A stretch of 64,000 bases of DNA from an uncultured Verrucomicrobiae bacterium (GCA_963707025.1 CAVPOM010000018.1:416001-480000); one strand, 5' to 3'; positions 31,692 through 42,751 are shown, counted from the first letter of the stretch. Notes: a model not told the origin generated them from the letters alone. Numbers and translations are program-made.

Positions 31692-34600
31692 TCATTGCTG
31701 CAACAGCCCGAGAACGCGCCGGGCTTCGGCGTCGAGCTTTGCGGGAAGCTTCAAATCCACGGCCTGTTTCAGGGCTTTTTTAGCTTCGGCGGACTGCTTG
31801 AGTTCATAGTAGTCCATGCCCATATACCAAAACAACTCGGCGTCATCGCCTTTTTTCCGGACGCTTTGGTCCAGTGATCGGAGCGATTTGGCGTAATCCT
31901 TGCGCCGGTACTCCACCATGCCGATGACTTTGGCCACGTCCTCGTCGCCAGGATAGGCCGAAGCGGCTTTTGCCGCATAACTATAGGCCTTGGAATCATT
32001 GCCGCCGTCTTGCGCGTAGAGGATGGCCAATTGCCGGATGGCGGGGAGAAAGAGAGGATAGGCGGCCAACACCTTCTCGCAGGTCCGTTCCGCTTCCTTG
32101 CCCTGGCCTAGATGCTCCTGCACACGGCCCAAGGCCATCAACGCGGGAGCGTAGTCGGCATTCGTCTGCAAAACCTGCTGCACACGGGCGACCGCCTGAG
32201 GTTGGTCCGGGTTTTTGAAGGCCGACATCATATCGAGGAATTGTTTGGCGTCGTCGAGTTGGTCAAAGGGGGCGCCGGTTTGCATTGCCCGTTGCATGGC
32301 ATCCTGCGCTTCGGCGACTTGGCCCACGCCGAAGTAAGCCCAAGCCAGGTCGTGGAGCAAATCCGGCTGCGCCGGCAGCAGGCGGGCGGCGGCTTCCAGC
32401 AGGCTCCGGGCGTAAGGATAGTCGCGGGCCTGAAAGAGCATCCGGCCCAAGGTCGCGGAGATGTAGGGATCATCCGGGGCGAGGGTGTGGGCGGTCTTGG
32501 CCAAGTCCAAACCCTTCCCGGCCTGATTAAGTTTGGTGGCATCCAGGAGTGCGAGCCGGATAATGGCGCGGGCATTTTGCGGGGTTTGTTTGATCTCTTT
32601 CTCATAGGTCGCGGCGGCCTTTTCAAAAGCGCCATCATGCTCTTGAATGCCAGCCAGCCGAACCAAGGCAACCGGATCGGCGGAATCCTTCCCGATTTGC
32701 TCTTCCAACTCGGCGCGCTCGGCGGCAGAGGCGGTTTTGGGGTCGAGTTCGAGAATTCTCAAGCGAAGCCGGGCTTCGTTGGTGCCATCAAAATTCTTCT
32801 GGGAAAGAGCAAATTTCAAATTCAACTTGGCGGATTCTTCCTCTCCCAGCATGTAATGAGCCATGCCCACATGGTAGTGAACGTCGGCATCGGCCGGTTG
32901 CTTGTCCATGCTTTCCAGCAACAAGGCCAGGGCACGCTCATAGTCGTGCCGCTTGTAAAGAATCCACCCCAGGGTGTCGGCCGCGTAAGGATCATAAGGC
33001 GCGAGTTCCCGGTCCTTCTCCGCCAACTTATATGCCTTGTCCAGGTCGTTGCAGTGCTCGGAATAGAGATAAGCCAGATTGTTCAAGGCACCGGCGAAAT
33101 GCGGGTCCACCTCGAGAAGCTTTTCGTAGGCCTGGCGCGCCAGTTCGTATTCTCCCAATTGAGTGTGGATGATGCCGATTTCCATCAAAGCGGGAACGCT
33201 GTTGGTCAAATTGATGAGGGCGTTAAGTTTGTCCAGCGCTTGCTTCTGTTGGTGCTGGTCCAGGTAAAGCTTGGCCAGCATGAGGTAAGGCAGGGGGAGT
33301 TTGGAATCCAAATCAATGACCTTTTCCAAGTCGGCTCGGGCTGCCGCATTCTCTTTTTGTTTGACATGGATTTCGGCCTGGAGGAGCCAGGGCAGGGGGG
33401 CTTTGGGGTTCTTGTCCATTTGCTGTTTCACACGTTCCAAAGCGGTCGCGTAACGGGATTCTGCAAGGTCCAGGTTCACCAGTCCCTCCAGGGAGGGGAG
33501 GTAATCGGAATTGATGGCGAGGGATTTCTCAAAAGCGGCGCGAGCTTCCACGAGTTTGTCCGTCGTCACCCAGGCTTGTCCTTCGAGAAAAGGAATTTGC
33601 GGTTCTTGCGGAAACGCTTCCTCCACCCGACGATAGATGGCGACGGCTTGATCGGGGGATTTCTGGATCAGGTAGGACAGGGCAAGGGTCAAGCTGGCTG
33701 GAACGATGACCGCCGGAGGGAGATTGGTCTGTTCGGTCAATGGCGTGAGCAGGAAGATGGCCGCCGCGGAATTGCCCTGGCGCAGGTTCAGTTCGGCGAG
33801 CATCAGCTTGGCGGGCACAAAATTGGTGTCCAGTTCCAAGGCGCGGTTCAGGTTGGAGAGGGCTTTGGTCCGGTTCCCACTGAGCAGATAAGCCGAGGCC
33901 AGTTGATAGGGAACCTGTGGGCGGGGATCTTTTGGATACTGGGCCATCAGGTATTCAAAGTCCGCCACGGCCTGTTTTCCGTCCTGCCTTCCCATGCTCA
34001 CATCGGCTTTCATCAGCAGCGCGTCGTAATTGTTTGGATCATGAGCCAGGACTTGGGAAATGTAAGACTTGCATTCTTCGTAGTTGCCTTCGCTATAGGC
34101 AAGCTTCATCAAGAAAAATGGCGGCGGCAAGTAATCGGGCGCCTGGCGGATCAACTCCATCATGCCCTGCCTGGCCTGATTGGTCGCTCCGGTTCGGGCC
34201 TGGAATTCAGCATACATCATCCGCACGGGAGAACGAAGCGGGGCCAGTTCAACCGCCGTTTTGTAGGCTTGGTCCGCCCCTTTGAGATTGTGGTGCATTT
34301 CAGACAATCTGGCCAAACCGACATAAGCCAGGCTGGACTTGGGGTCCATGCTCCTGGCCTGGTTCAATTCGGTCTCGGCGGCGGCCAGGTTGGTTTCGCG
34401 GGCGTCAATCATGCCCAAAGCCAAATGATAACTGGCGCGGTCCTGGTCCTGCTTTTGCAGTTGTTCGATATATTGGCGCGTTTGCCCGGCATCCTCGGCG
34501 CTTTGAGAGGCATCGCACAGAGCCAGGAGAGCCCGTTCGTTGCCCGGCAGGAGCTTGAGGCCGCGCCGGGCCGCCTCTTTTGCGTCCGCAATGCGGCCTA

Positions 34601-34973
34601 CCATCGGCAAGATGGCGGCCCACTCGACCTGGACCTCGGCATTGTCCGGTTCGTTCGTGGCCGCCCTCTGCAAAAGCCCAAACGCCGCCCCCGGCCGGCC
34701 TTCCTTGACATAGACCAAGCCCAGTTGGCGCAGAGCGATGGGATTTGGGGGATAAGCCATCCGGCAGGCGTTGCTATAGGCGACTTCCGCTGCGCTGTAA
34801 TCCCCGGCCTGATAGTAATAGTCGGCCCGCGCAACGGCGCGTTTGCTCCGCGCCGCTTTAGTGCAACCCCCGCCCGCGGCGGCAACCAGGGCCAGGGCCA
34901 CCATCGTGGCGAGGGATCGCTTTAAAGTCAGCATGGCAGGCATCTGGCTAAGTTTTGTCTCCAGGTTTGACAT
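31692..34973 (-). CDS. prsT: Large TPR lipoprotein, PrsT-like exosortase-system component
   Basis: 1093 aa, GGGC lipobox-like motif, many TPRs incl. ALNNLAYLY and ADTLGWILY; directly downstream of exosortase. Confidence 0.8.
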   Translation of the reverse strand: MSNLETKLSQMPAMLTLKRSLATMVALALVAAAGGGCTKAARSKRAVARADYYYQAGDYSAAEVAYSNACRMAYPPNPIALRQLGLVYVKEGRPGAAFGLLQRAATNEPDNAEVQVEWAAILPMVGRIADAKEAARRGLKLLPGNERALLALCDASQSAEDAGQTRQYIEQLQKQDQDRASYHLALGMIDARETNLAAAETELNQARSMDPKSSLAYVGLARLSEMHHNLKGADQAYKTAVELAPLRSPVRMMYAEFQARTGATNQARQGMMELIRQAPDYLPPPFFLMKLAYSEGNYEECKSYISQVLAHDPNNYDALLMKADVSMGRQDGKQAVADFEYLMAQYPKDPRPQVPYQLASAYLLSGNRTKALSNLNRALELDTNFVPAKLMLAELNLRQGNSAAAIFLLTPLTEQTNLPPAVIVPASLTLALSYLIQKSPDQAVAIYRRVEEAFPQEPQIPFLEGQAWVTTDKLVEARAAFEKSLAINSDYLPSLEGLVNLDLAESRYATALERVKQQMDKNPKAPLPWLLQAEIHVKQKENAAARADLEKVIDLDSKLPLPYLMLAKLYLDQHQQKQALDKLNALINLTNSVPALMEIGIIHTQLGEYELARQAYEKLLEVDPHFAGALNNLAYLYSEHCNDLDKAYKLAEKDRELAPYDPYAADTLGWILYKRHDYERALALLLESMDKQPADADVHYHVGMAHYMLGEEESAKLNLKFALSQKNFDGTNEARLRLRILELDPKTASAAERAELEEQIGKDSADPVALVRLAGIQEHDGAFEKAAATYEKEIKQTPQNARAIIRLALLDATKLNQAGKGLDLAKTAHTLAPDDPYISATLGRMLFQARDYPYARSLLEAAARLLPAQPDLLHDLAWAYFGVGQVAEAQDAMQRAMQTGAPFDQLDDAKQFLDMMSAFKNPDQPQAVARVQQVLQTNADYAPALMALGRVQEHLGQGKEAERTCEKVLAAYPLFLPAIRQLAILYAQDGGNDSKAYSYAAKAASAYPGDEDVAKVIGMVEYRRKDYAKSLRSLDQSVRKKGDDAELFWYMGMDYYELKQSAEAKKALKQAVDLKLPAKLDAEARRVLGLLQQ

Positions 34974-35929
34974 TGCTTTGCGGCTTGGGTTCGGACTTTC
35001 GCAGCCACACCAGAAACAAAAAGAAGGGGATCAGCGAGAGCGCGAAAAAGACCGGCCCGCCATGGTGGTGAATCCACGAGTTTATCCAGTCGTGGTTGAG
35101 TTGAACGCACAGTTCACCGATGACGAAGATACGAAAGCCGTTTCTGACGATGGCCAGAGGAATGATGAACAACGCCAGGAAGGCGCGCCGCCAGGGTGAA
35201 CGCAAGAAGAGGTTCCCTGCCAGAAGACTAGTAATGAGCAGGACTTGGGTGGAGTGGATCCCGCTGCACTCCGGCGCCACCCCTCAGACTGAAATCAGTC
35301 GGCAGATTCAGTATCAGCCCGTTTTGGCCGCAGTGCGTCCCAGCCAGGCTGAAAAAGCCGTGAGCGGCAGCGGCAGAACTATGTTGGAAGAAGTTTTCCA
35401 TCCCCGCATTCACACGCTCCGGATAAGGAACCATGAAAAGCAGCAGCGCCAGCGGGAAGGCGATGGCCGACATCGTGGCGGCGCCCAGAGAGGCAAAACC
35501 CACCGCCAGCAGCAGCAGTAAAAACGACAGCATCATCACGCACAGATAATCCGCTTCTGCTGGAAACCAGCCCTGTTGGCGGGCCCGAAAATAAAGCGCG
35601 AGGATGGCGCCTCCCGCCGCCGCCGCCGCCGCCGCCGCTCCCCAGCTCGGGCGGACCTCCGCGCCCAACCCGGCGCGCCTGAGCCAGATGAGATAGCCTG
35701 TGATCAGGGGCATGAGCGGCATGTAGGAGTAGAACTCGCTGTCCATGGCGAATCCCATCCAATCGCACAGCGGAACGATGAAACAAAGTGCCAGAACGGC
35801 CGTCAGCGCCGCCAGCACCGCCAGCTTTCTCCACCCAGGCGGCCCCGTTCCCCGCAGAAGGCCGGGCGCGGGCGCGGGAGAGGTTTTCTGCGTATCACCC
35901 GCCAAAACAACATCGCCGGAATTCTCCAT
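34948..35929 (-). CDS. Exosortase/archaeosortase family transpeptidase (frameshift in G run at 35280-35283)
   Basis: Multi-TM N-part in 35228..36010. Catalytic motifs VAPECSG (Cys), NGFRI (Arg) and HHHGG (His) in 34948..35280; removing one G joins FSLR to VAPECSG. Confidence 0.88.
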
Positions 35930-35997
35930 GGCATGGCTCCCCTTCAATCGAATCATTTGTGCTCGGTCCTGCGCGTCCCACCATCGCAACAACTCCT

Positions 35998-37470
35998 CTA
36001 ATAATGCCACCCTATTTCAATTCCAACTTGCTTGCTGCTCAGGTTAAAAGCGGACAAGCTGGAAGCATCGTCGTAATAGGAATAGAAAATGGAAACCGTG
36101 CCCCGTTGCCGAAACGTGCTGCCCACACTCACTCTGGCAAACCGGTAATTATCCGTGCGATTTTGCTGAACGCTCGCCAGCACCACTGGCGAGCCTATCT
36201 GGTTTGGGTGGAGCAATTCACTAACCGTGGCAAACCCCACATAAGGTATGCTGGAGTAGCCGCCGTTGACTTCGAAGTTGAATTGTTGAAAAAACCGTTG
36301 GCGAAAAGTGGCGCTGATCGAGGTGGTTACCGTCACATCGTCCTGGAAAAGGGCGGGGGCAACCGTACGGGAGGCGACGAGTGACGCGCTGGTGTGCTCG
36401 AAGGGCTGGTAGTTGATCGCGGCGGAAAAAGTAGGATCCACCAATTGCGCCCCCATCAACTGAGAGACCTCCATCCCGGCGCTCGCCACTACGGAGAGTT
36501 TCTTGGCCAACTGCCAATTCAATGTGCCCTGAACCTGTTCAAATTGGATATCCGCACCAGGACTGATCAGGTCGTAGCCGGCAGAGCCATTGATGCCGAA
36601 TCCCAATTTGTATTCTGTCTGATAATTCAAGCCACTGGATAATACCCATGAATGGACATCCTGGGAGATGCCGGTCGTGGGGCCTAAATTCTCTGAAGTG
36701 GAGGTGATGGTCTGATTCACGCTCCATTGAGCCGTGAGATGGCTTCCCAGCTGGCGGCTGGCCGTCAATATTGTCGCATAACTCGCCTGCTGGGTCAGGG
36801 CCTCCGTTTCTCCCTGCGGCTCAGTGGTATAGATGTATGCTTGGGACAAACCGAAGGTCCAGTCCTCATAATGCGTGGTCCCATTCAAGAGCGCATTCTC
36901 GTCAGTTCCATCAGTGAATTTCGGATTGGAATACAAACGCAGAGTAGGGGTGTAATCCAGGGTCCAATGGGAGCCTACATTAAGCAGAAGGCCGGGGGAT
37001 ATCTCCTGGATGGCCGTGGTCAGATGGTTGGTCGGCGAGACCGGAATGCCATCGCCGTAAATGAACCGATAAAGCAAATGCGGGTGGAAATCCACCGGAC
37101 CTAACTGCACTGGACCGAGCGTTTGGGGGATGGAGCCGCCCGGGGGTGGAACGCCCCCCGTTTGGTAACTGGGGAGGGACGGCGCCAGAGTTGATTTCTC
37201 GAAATCGGCCGACGACGGGGCCAGGATCCCTTGGGCCAGCGCCCCGGTGACGCCCGCCAGGAAACCGAGCAGAAGAAGTCCGCGCCCAAGAACCCGGCAG
37301 CCTTCGCGGCGATGAGCCGCCGCTGGCCGACGCCACGGACGAAATGTGATTGTTTTGTCCAAAAAGCGGCCGCGTTTCAGTTTTGCAACGTCCGGGGAAA
37401 GGATAGCCCCTTCAAACCGGGGCTGTAAAGAGCGGCTTAAGCAGTCTTCTTCTTTACCTGTTTCACCCAC
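35998..37470 (-). CDS. Outer-membrane beta-barrel protein, EPS/exosortase-associated
   Basis: Signal-like [16 protein letters not shown], alternating beta-strand pattern, C-terminal aromatic GIEIGWHY. True start probably downstream of 37470. Confidence 0.75.
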   Translation of the reverse strand: MGETGKEEDCLSRSLQPRFEGAILSPDVAKLKRGRFLDKTITFRPWRRPAAAHRREGCRVLGRGLLLLGFLAGVTGALAQGILAPSSADFEKSTLAPSLPSYQTGGVPPPGGSIPQTLGPVQLGPVDFHPHLLYRFIYGDGIPVSPTNHLTTAIQEISPGLLLNVGSHWTLDYTPTLRLYSNPKFTDGTDENALLNGTTHYEDWTFGLSQAYIYTTEPQGETEALTQQASYATILTASRQLGSHLTAQWSVNQTITSTSENLGPTTGISQDVHSWVLSSGLNYQTEYKLGFGINGSAGYDLISPGADIQFEQVQGTLNWQLAKKLSVVASAGMEVSQLMGAQLVDPTFSAAINYQPFEHTSASLVASRTVAPALFQDDVTVTTSISATFRQRFFQQFNFEVNGGYSSIPYVGFATVSELLHPNQIGSPVVLASVQQNRTDNYRFARVSVGSTFRQRGTVSIFYSYYDDASSLSAFNLSSKQVGIEIGWHY

Positions 37471-38474
37471 CCCTGGTTATCCAGGTACCATTGGATCGTC
37501 TCCCGGATGCCGCTTTCGAAGGTGTGCGCCGGCTTCCAGCCCAGCTCCTTTTCAATCTTGCCGGCATCAATCGCGTAACGCCGGTCGTGGCCCTGACGGT
37601 CTTTGACAAATTTAATCAGGCCCCGGGAATGCCCGCCCAATTGCGGGGCCATTGCGTCCATCAGGTCGCAGATCAATTCCACGATGCGGATATTGGACCA
37701 TTCATTGTGCCCGCCGATGTTGTAAGTCTCCGCGTCGCGCCCGCGCGTCAGCACCTGCCAGAGCGCCTCCGCGTGATCCCGCACATAAAGCCAGTCCCGC
37801 ACGTTCAGACCGTCGCCATACACAGGAATGGGTTGCCGTTGGCAGACCGCTTCGATGATGACCGGAATCAGCTTCTCTGGAAACTGGTAGGGGCCGTAGT
37901 TGTTGGAGCAATTGGTGGTGACCACCGGCAGGCCATAAGTGCGGTGATAGGCGCGCACCAGCAGGTCGCTCGAGGCCTTGCTCGCCGAGTAAGGCGAGTT
38001 GGGCGCATAGGACGTGGTTTCGGTGAAATAGCCGGTGGCGCCCAGGCTCCCATAAACTTCATCGGTCGAAACATGGTGAAAGCGGCATTCTAATTGCGGA
38101 TTGCGGATTGCGGATTGCGGATTAAACCAGAAACCGCGGCATGCTTCCAGAAGATTGAACGTACCGACGACATTGGTCTGAATAAAGTCGCCAGGGCCGG
38201 TGATGGAGCGGTCCACATGAGATTCGGCGGCCAGATGCAAAACATGGGTGATGCGATGCTTCTCCACCACCCCCAGAACCGCGGCTTTGTCGCGCAGGTC
38301 GGTTTTCTCAAAAGTGTATTTGGGTTGATGCGCGACGCGCTCCAGATTCCCCGGATGACCCGCGTAGGTCAGGCAATCCAAATTGACCAGATGCCGGACT
38401 TCCGGCTCGTCAATAATGTGATGGATCAGGTTCGATCCGATGAAGCCGGCGCCCCCTGTCACTAATAAGTTCAA
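37437..38474 (-). CDS. rfbB: dTDP-glucose 4,6-dehydratase
   Basis: [51 protein letters not shown]. Confidence 0.95.
   Translation of the reverse strand: MNLLVTGGAGFIGSNLIHHIIDEPEVRHLVNLDCLTYAGHPGNLERVAHQPKYTFEKTDLRDKAAVLGVVEKHRITHVLHLAAESHVDRSITGPGDFIQTNVVGTFNLLEACRGFWFNPQSAIRNPQLECRFHHVSTDEVYGSLGATGYFTETTSYAPNSPYSASKASSDLLVRAYHRTYGLPVVTTNCSNNYGPYQFPEKLIPVIIEAVCQRQPIPVYGDGLNVRDWLYVRDHAEALWQVLTRGRDAETYNIGGHNEWSNIRIVELICDLMDAMAPQLGGHSRGLIKFVKDRQGHDRRYAIDAGKIEKELGWKPAHTFESGIRETIQWYLDNQGWVKQVKKKTA
38093..38123. repeat. Heptamer tandem repeat (ATTGCGG) x4.4 inside rfbB
   Basis: attgcgg attgcgg attgcgg attgcgg att; reads [10 protein letters not shown] on the coding strand. Confidence 0.9.
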
Positions 38475-38488
38475 TGTAAAATATAAAT

Positions 38489-39430
38489 TCAGGCGGCCGA
38501 GGGCGTCCAATTTTGCAGCGCCTCCCGCAGGGCCTCCTCCACCGGACGGAGCTTGACGCCCGTGCCCAGCAGTTTGGAAACATCCAGAACGCAGTTGGAG
38601 CGCGGGGTTTTGGCCGCCAGTTTGTAAAATTCCTCATCATCGGCCCAAAACTCGAACGGCCGGGCCGGCTGGAGGATGCGCTTTATCATGGCCACCACCT
38701 GGCGGGTGGAAACAAAACCGGGATTGGTCATGTTGTAAGTCCCGAAAGGGGCGCGCCTCTGCCACAGATCCAGGCAGGCGGCGACAAAATCCCCGCGCTG
38801 GGAGAGCGAATTGACGTTGTCATACACCTTGGCGTAATTTTGCACTTTGCTCAGGTAATTACGGGGATGGTCCCACTGGTCAAAGGGGATGCGCAACCGC
38901 CAGATATAGTGTTGACCCGACTGCCCGAGGGCTTCCTCCGCCAGCGCCTTGGTCCCGCTGTAAAAGCTGCATGGGGGCCGGCGAAAAGTGAAATTCGGCT
39001 CGTCCTCTTCGGTAAAGCCCCCGATGGCCCCGCGATTCTGTTGGAACAACGCCTGGCAGTCCGGCGTGGTCAGATCTTTTTCCACCCGCCCCCCAATTTT
39101 GGCGCCGGCATAAATGCAGCCGGAGGAAACATGCCCGAAAGGAACGCCCTGCGCGGCGCAGGCATGGGCCACCATGGCGGGAAAGAGCGTGTTTCCTTGC
39201 AAGGTGTCCGCCCGGTTTGTTTCGCAGGCATCCACGTTCGGTTTGCCGGTGTAACCAGCCGCGTTGATTAAAAAATCCGGTTTGGTGCGGCGCAACAACT
39301 CCCGCAACACGTCAAACCGGGTGTAGTCGGTCTGGACGCGGGCCGGGGCCTCAAAAGCGAGGGCACGCGCCGCCAGTTCCCGCGCAAAAACCTGGCCGAT
39401 GTAACCGGTCCCGCCTAATAATACGATCTG
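38489..39430 (-). CDS. RmlD-like NDP-4-keto-6-deoxysugar reductase; start codon apparently damaged
   Basis: The frame extends upstream of the ORF call to [40 protein letters not shown]. No ATG before ATC-GTA (the sequence reads CC-AG-ATC). Confidence 0.8.
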   Translation of the reverse strand, partial: QIVLLGGTGYIGQVFARELAARALAFEAPARVQTDYTRFDVLRELLRRTKPDFLINAAGYTGKPNVDACETNRADTLQGNTLFPAMVAHACAAQGVPFGHVSSGCIYAGAKIGGRVEKDLTTPDCQALFQQNRGAIGGFTEEDEPNFTFRRPPCSFYSGTKALAEEALGQSGQHYIWRLRIPFDQWDHPRNYLSKVQNYAKVYDNVNSLSQRGDFVAACLDLWQRRAPFGTYNMTNPGFVSTRQVVAMIKRILQPARPFEFWADDEEFYKLAAKTPRSNCVLDVSKLLGTGVKLRPVEEALREALQNWTPSAA

Positions 39431-39432
39431 GC

Positions 39433-40302
39433 TCAGGGTTGTCCTTCCGCCAGCACCCGGTACAGATAATCCCGGTATTCGCAGTTGGGTGATCGGGCCG
39501 CCAGTGCTTCAAATTGGGGCCGGTTAATGAATCCGCTCCGGAACGCCGCCTCTTCCGGACAGCCGATCTTTATCCCCTGTCTTTTCTCGATGGTCTGCAC
39601 GTAGGCGGAAGCTTCGTGCAGGCTGCTGCTGGTCCCGGCATCCAGCCAGGCAAAGCCGCGGCTCAACTGGCGCACCCGCAACTGGCCGCGCCGCAGGTAT
39701 TGCACGTTGACCTCGGTGATCTCCAGTTCGCCCCGGGCCGACGGCCGCAGTTGCCGCGTAATTTCCAGCACCGTGTTGTCGTAAAGATAAAGTCCGGGCA
39801 CCGCGTAATGGCTGCGGGGCGACTTGGGTTTTTCTTCAATGGAAATGGCCCGGCCGTCCTGGTCAAACTCCACCACGCCATACCGTTCCGGATCGGTCAC
39901 CCGATAGCCGAAAATGCAGGCGCCCCCGTCAAACTGCTCGAAGGCGGCCTTGAAACTATCCGCGCCGTAAAAAATGTTGTCTCCCAGGATCAGCGTCACC
40001 GGATCGGCGCCGATGAACGAGGCCGCGATTAAAAAGGCCTGGGCGATGCCGGCGGGCTTGGCCTGCTCCCGATAATCCATGCTCAACCCCAATTGCCGGC
40101 CGTCGCCCAGGAGTTGCTGGAAGCGCGGCAGATCCTGCGGCGTGGAGATGAGGCAAATCTCCCGCACGCCGTTTTCAATCAAAGTGGTCAGCGGATAATA
40201 AACCATTGGTTTGTCGAATACCGGCTGCAACTGTTTGCTCGCCACCAGGGTGAGCGGGAAGAGGCGCGAGCCCGCCCCGCCGGCCAGTATGATTCCTTTC
40301 AT
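39433..40302 (-). CDS. rfbA: Glucose-1-phosphate thymidylyltransferase
   Basis: MKGIILAGGAGSRLFP, SKQL, LGDNIFYG, EEKP, SARGELEIT, AWLDAGT. Confidence 0.95.
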   Translation of the reverse strand: MKGIILAGGAGSRLFPLTLVASKQLQPVFDKPMVYYPLTTLIENGVREICLISTPQDLPRFQQLLGDGRQLGLSMDYREQAKPAGIAQAFLIAASFIGADPVTLILGDNIFYGADSFKAAFEQFDGGACIFGYRVTDPERYGVVEFDQDGRAISIEEKPKSPRSHYAVPGLYLYDNTVLEITRQLRPSARGELEITEVNVQYLRRGQLRVRQLSRGFAWLDAGTSSSLHEASAYVQTIEKRQGIKIGCPEEAAFRSGFINRPQFEALAARSPNCEYRDYLYRVLAEGQP

Positions 40303-40331
40303 CCGATTCCTTTCGTGCGACCTTGCCAGAA

Positions 40332-41336
40332 TCAAGGCGGCGTGGAGGGAGATGGCCCGGGAGGACTCGCCGGCGCTTGCGGGGCGCGCGCCGCCAGGCG
40401 CACTTTGTGCAGACAATCCTGCCAGGCCTCCTCCAGGCTCCGCATTTTGACGCCGGTGGCCAGAAGTTTGGAAACGTCCAAAATACAATGGGATTGCGGC
40501 GCTTTGCCGCCCGCCCGCGCCGGCTCTTCCTCGTCCGGCCGGAAATCCAGCGGGCGCGGCAGTTTGCCGACCCGGTGCATCAACTCGGCCAGATGCAAGG
40601 TGGTGGCCGCGCCGGGATTGGTCACATTGTAAATGCCAAACGGCGCGCCGATTTTCCACAGGTCAAGACAGGCCCGCACACAATCCTCCGTGTGAGACAG
40701 CGAATCAATCGTGTCGCCAGGATGGGCCTGACGTTGGAACTGCCACAGGAAATTGCGCGGATCCTCCCGCTCGCTGAAGGCCAGCCTGGGCCGCCAGATA
40801 TAACTATGCCCAATGTCCCGGATCGCCTCCTCCGCCAGCGCCTTGGTCCCGCTGTGAAACGTGCAGGGCGGGCTGCGGAAGGAAAAATTCGGCTCATCCA
40901 GCTCGTTAAACCCGGAGATCAATTGTGGCTGCTTCTCAAACATCTCCCGCACGCCGGGCCGGCTCAGGTCTCGCTCCACGCGCGCCTGGCCCTCCTCCAT
41001 GATTTTTGCCCCGGTGTAAATGGAACCGGAGGACAGATGGCCCCAGGGCGTCTTGGTCATCAGGCAGACCCGCGCAATCATCTGCGGCAGCAGGGCGTTG
41101 GCCAGCATGGCCTGTTCCCGCGCCGCTTCCAACCCGTCTTCCTCCGGCCAGCAGCAATAACCGGCGGCGTTGATGAGGAACAGCGGCCTCATCGTGCGCA
41201 GGTAATCAAAGAGGTAGTCGAAACGGGTGTAATCGAACGCCGTGCGGGTCAGCGGGATAAAGGACTGGCCGCGCCGCCGCAATTCGGCGGCGAAAGCCCT
41301 GCCAAAATATCCGCTGGAACCGAGCAAGACGATCAT
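40332..41336 (-). CDS. Second, divergent RmlD-like paralogue
   Basis: MIVLLGSSGYFG; colinear with 38489..39430 but has FHSGTK in place of FYSGTK. Confidence 0.8.
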   Translation of the reverse strand: MIVLLGSSGYFGRAFAAELRRRGQSFIPLTRTAFDYTRFDYLFDYLRTMRPLFLINAAGYCCWPEEDGLEAAREQAMLANALLPQMIARVCLMTKTPWGHLSSGSIYTGAKIMEEGQARVERDLSRPGVREMFEKQPQLISGFNELDEPNFSFRSPPCTFHSGTKALAEEAIRDIGHSYIWRPRLAFSEREDPRNFLWQFQRQAHPGDTIDSLSHTEDCVRACLDLWKIGAPFGIYNVTNPGAATTLHLAELMHRVGKLPRPLDFRPDEEEPARAGGKAPQSHCILDVSKLLATGVKMRSLEEAWQDCLHKVRLAARAPQAPASPPGPSPSTPP

Positions 41337-41359
41337 TAGCTGTCCTTGGCTTTCCGAGC

Positions 41360-42646
41360 TTAGGCCTTCCAAACCTGCCCCGGTTTTGATTTGACGCTGG
41401 CCATGGCGTTGCGGGAATCCACAATGCAACCAGCCCACTTGGCCAACTGCTCGTAGTCAACGGCGCTGTGCTTGGTCGCAATCACCACCAGATCGAATCC
41501 TCCGATGTTTTTTTCATTCCACGCAACGGACTGCTCCCCCGCCCATTGCGGATGCTCGCGGGTGGGCTTGATCACCGGCACGTAGGGATCGTGATAGCAA
41601 ACCTCCGCGCCACGGTCCTTCAGCAACGTCATCAGAACGTAGCTGGGCGATTCGCGGTCATCGTCCACGTCGGCCTTGTAAGCCAGGCCGAGCACGAGCA
41701 CTTTGCAGCCGTTGAGGGACTTTTTCCGCGCGTTCAGGGCGGAGACCGCCTGATGAACCACGTAGGCGGGCATGGCGGTGTTGATCTCCCCGGCCAGCTC
41801 GATGAAACGGGTGTTGACGCCGTACTCGCGCGCCTTCCATGTCAAGTAGAACGGGTCAATGGGGATGCAGTGGCCGCCCAGGCCCGGCCCGGGATAAAAG
41901 GCCATGAAACCGAACGGTTTTGTTTTGGCGGCATTGATCACCTCCCACACGTCAATGCCCATGGCCGTGTAAACGATCTTCAGTTCGTTGACCAGGGCAA
42001 TGTTGATGCTGCGGAAAATATTCTCCGTCAGCTTGGCCGCTTCGGCCGCGCGGCAGGAGGAAACCGGGACCAGTGTTTTGATGGCCAGGCCATAAACCGC
42101 CTTGGCCCGTTCCAGGCAGGCCGGCGTGTAGCCGCCGATCACTTTTGGAATCAGCGCCACTTTGCTGTCCGGGTTGCCCGGGTCTTCTCTTTCCGGCGAG
42201 AAGGCCAGATGGAAATCGGTCCCCGCCTTCAGGCCGGAACCGCTTTCCAGCACCGCCCGCAGGTCTTCGTCGGTCGTGCCCGGATAGGTGGTGGATTCCA
42301 GCACGACCAGGATTCCCTTCTTCAAATAGGGCGCGATGCTGCGCCCGGTGTTGAGGATGAAGCTAATATCCGGCTCGCGGTTTTTGTTCAGCGGCGTCGG
42401 CACGCAGATGATCACCGCATCCATCTGCTTGACTTGCCGGAAGTCGGTCGAGGCGGAAAACTTCCCGGACTTGACCAGTTCGGCGATGGCGGCGGCTGCT
42501 ATGTGTTTGATATAGCTGCGCCCCTCCGTGATGGCCTCAACCTTGGCGCGATCCACGTCCAGCCCCAGCACGGCCGCCCCGGAGTGGGCGAATTGGAGTG
42601 AGAGGGGGAGGCCGACGTAACCTAAACCGACGATGGCAATCTTCAT
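41360..42646 (-). CDS. UDP-N-acetylhexosamine 6-dehydrogenase (WbpA/WecC family)
   Basis: VGLGYVGLP, CVPTP, ESTTYPGTT, SPEREDPG, GPGLGGHCIPIDP, RESPS. Confidence 0.92.
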   Translation of the reverse strand: MKIAIVGLGYVGLPLSLQFAHSGAAVLGLDVDRAKVEAITEGRSYIKHIAAAAIAELVKSGKFSASTDFRQVKQMDAVIICVPTPLNKNREPDISFILNTGRSIAPYLKKGILVVLESTTYPGTTDEDLRAVLESGSGLKAGTDFHLAFSPEREDPGNPDSKVALIPKVIGGYTPACLERAKAVYGLAIKTLVPVSSCRAAEAAKLTENIFRSINIALVNELKIVYTAMGIDVWEVINAAKTKPFGFMAFYPGPGLGGHCIPIDPFYLTWKAREYGVNTRFIELAGEINTAMPAYVVHQAVSALNARKKSLNGCKVLVLGLAYKADVDDDRESPSYVLMTLLKDRGAEVCYHDPYVPVIKPTREHPQWAGEQSVAWNEKNIGGFDLVVIATKHSAVDYEQLAKWAGCIVDSRNAMASVKSKPGQVWKA

Positions 42647-42751
42647 ATTTTTAAGTTTCAATGCTGCAAGGCGTTTCGGAAAAAAGAGAGGTTTGGAATC
42701 AAAGTAATTGCCAGCCGGAACTGTTTCCGCAACCAGCGGAAGAACCGCCGC

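Noticed and set aside
32112..34925. 937 aa plus-strand ORF
   Set aside because: Antisense shadow of the TPR gene caused by codon bias; no motifs.
35275..35290. Programmed ribosomal frameshift in exosortase
   Set aside because: Only a 4-G run with no slippery heptamer, and similar indels occur throughout the window.
35614..35638. (GCC)n run in exosortase as a phase-variation tract
   Set aside because: Triplet repeat encoding poly-Ala in a TM helix; slippage would keep the frame.
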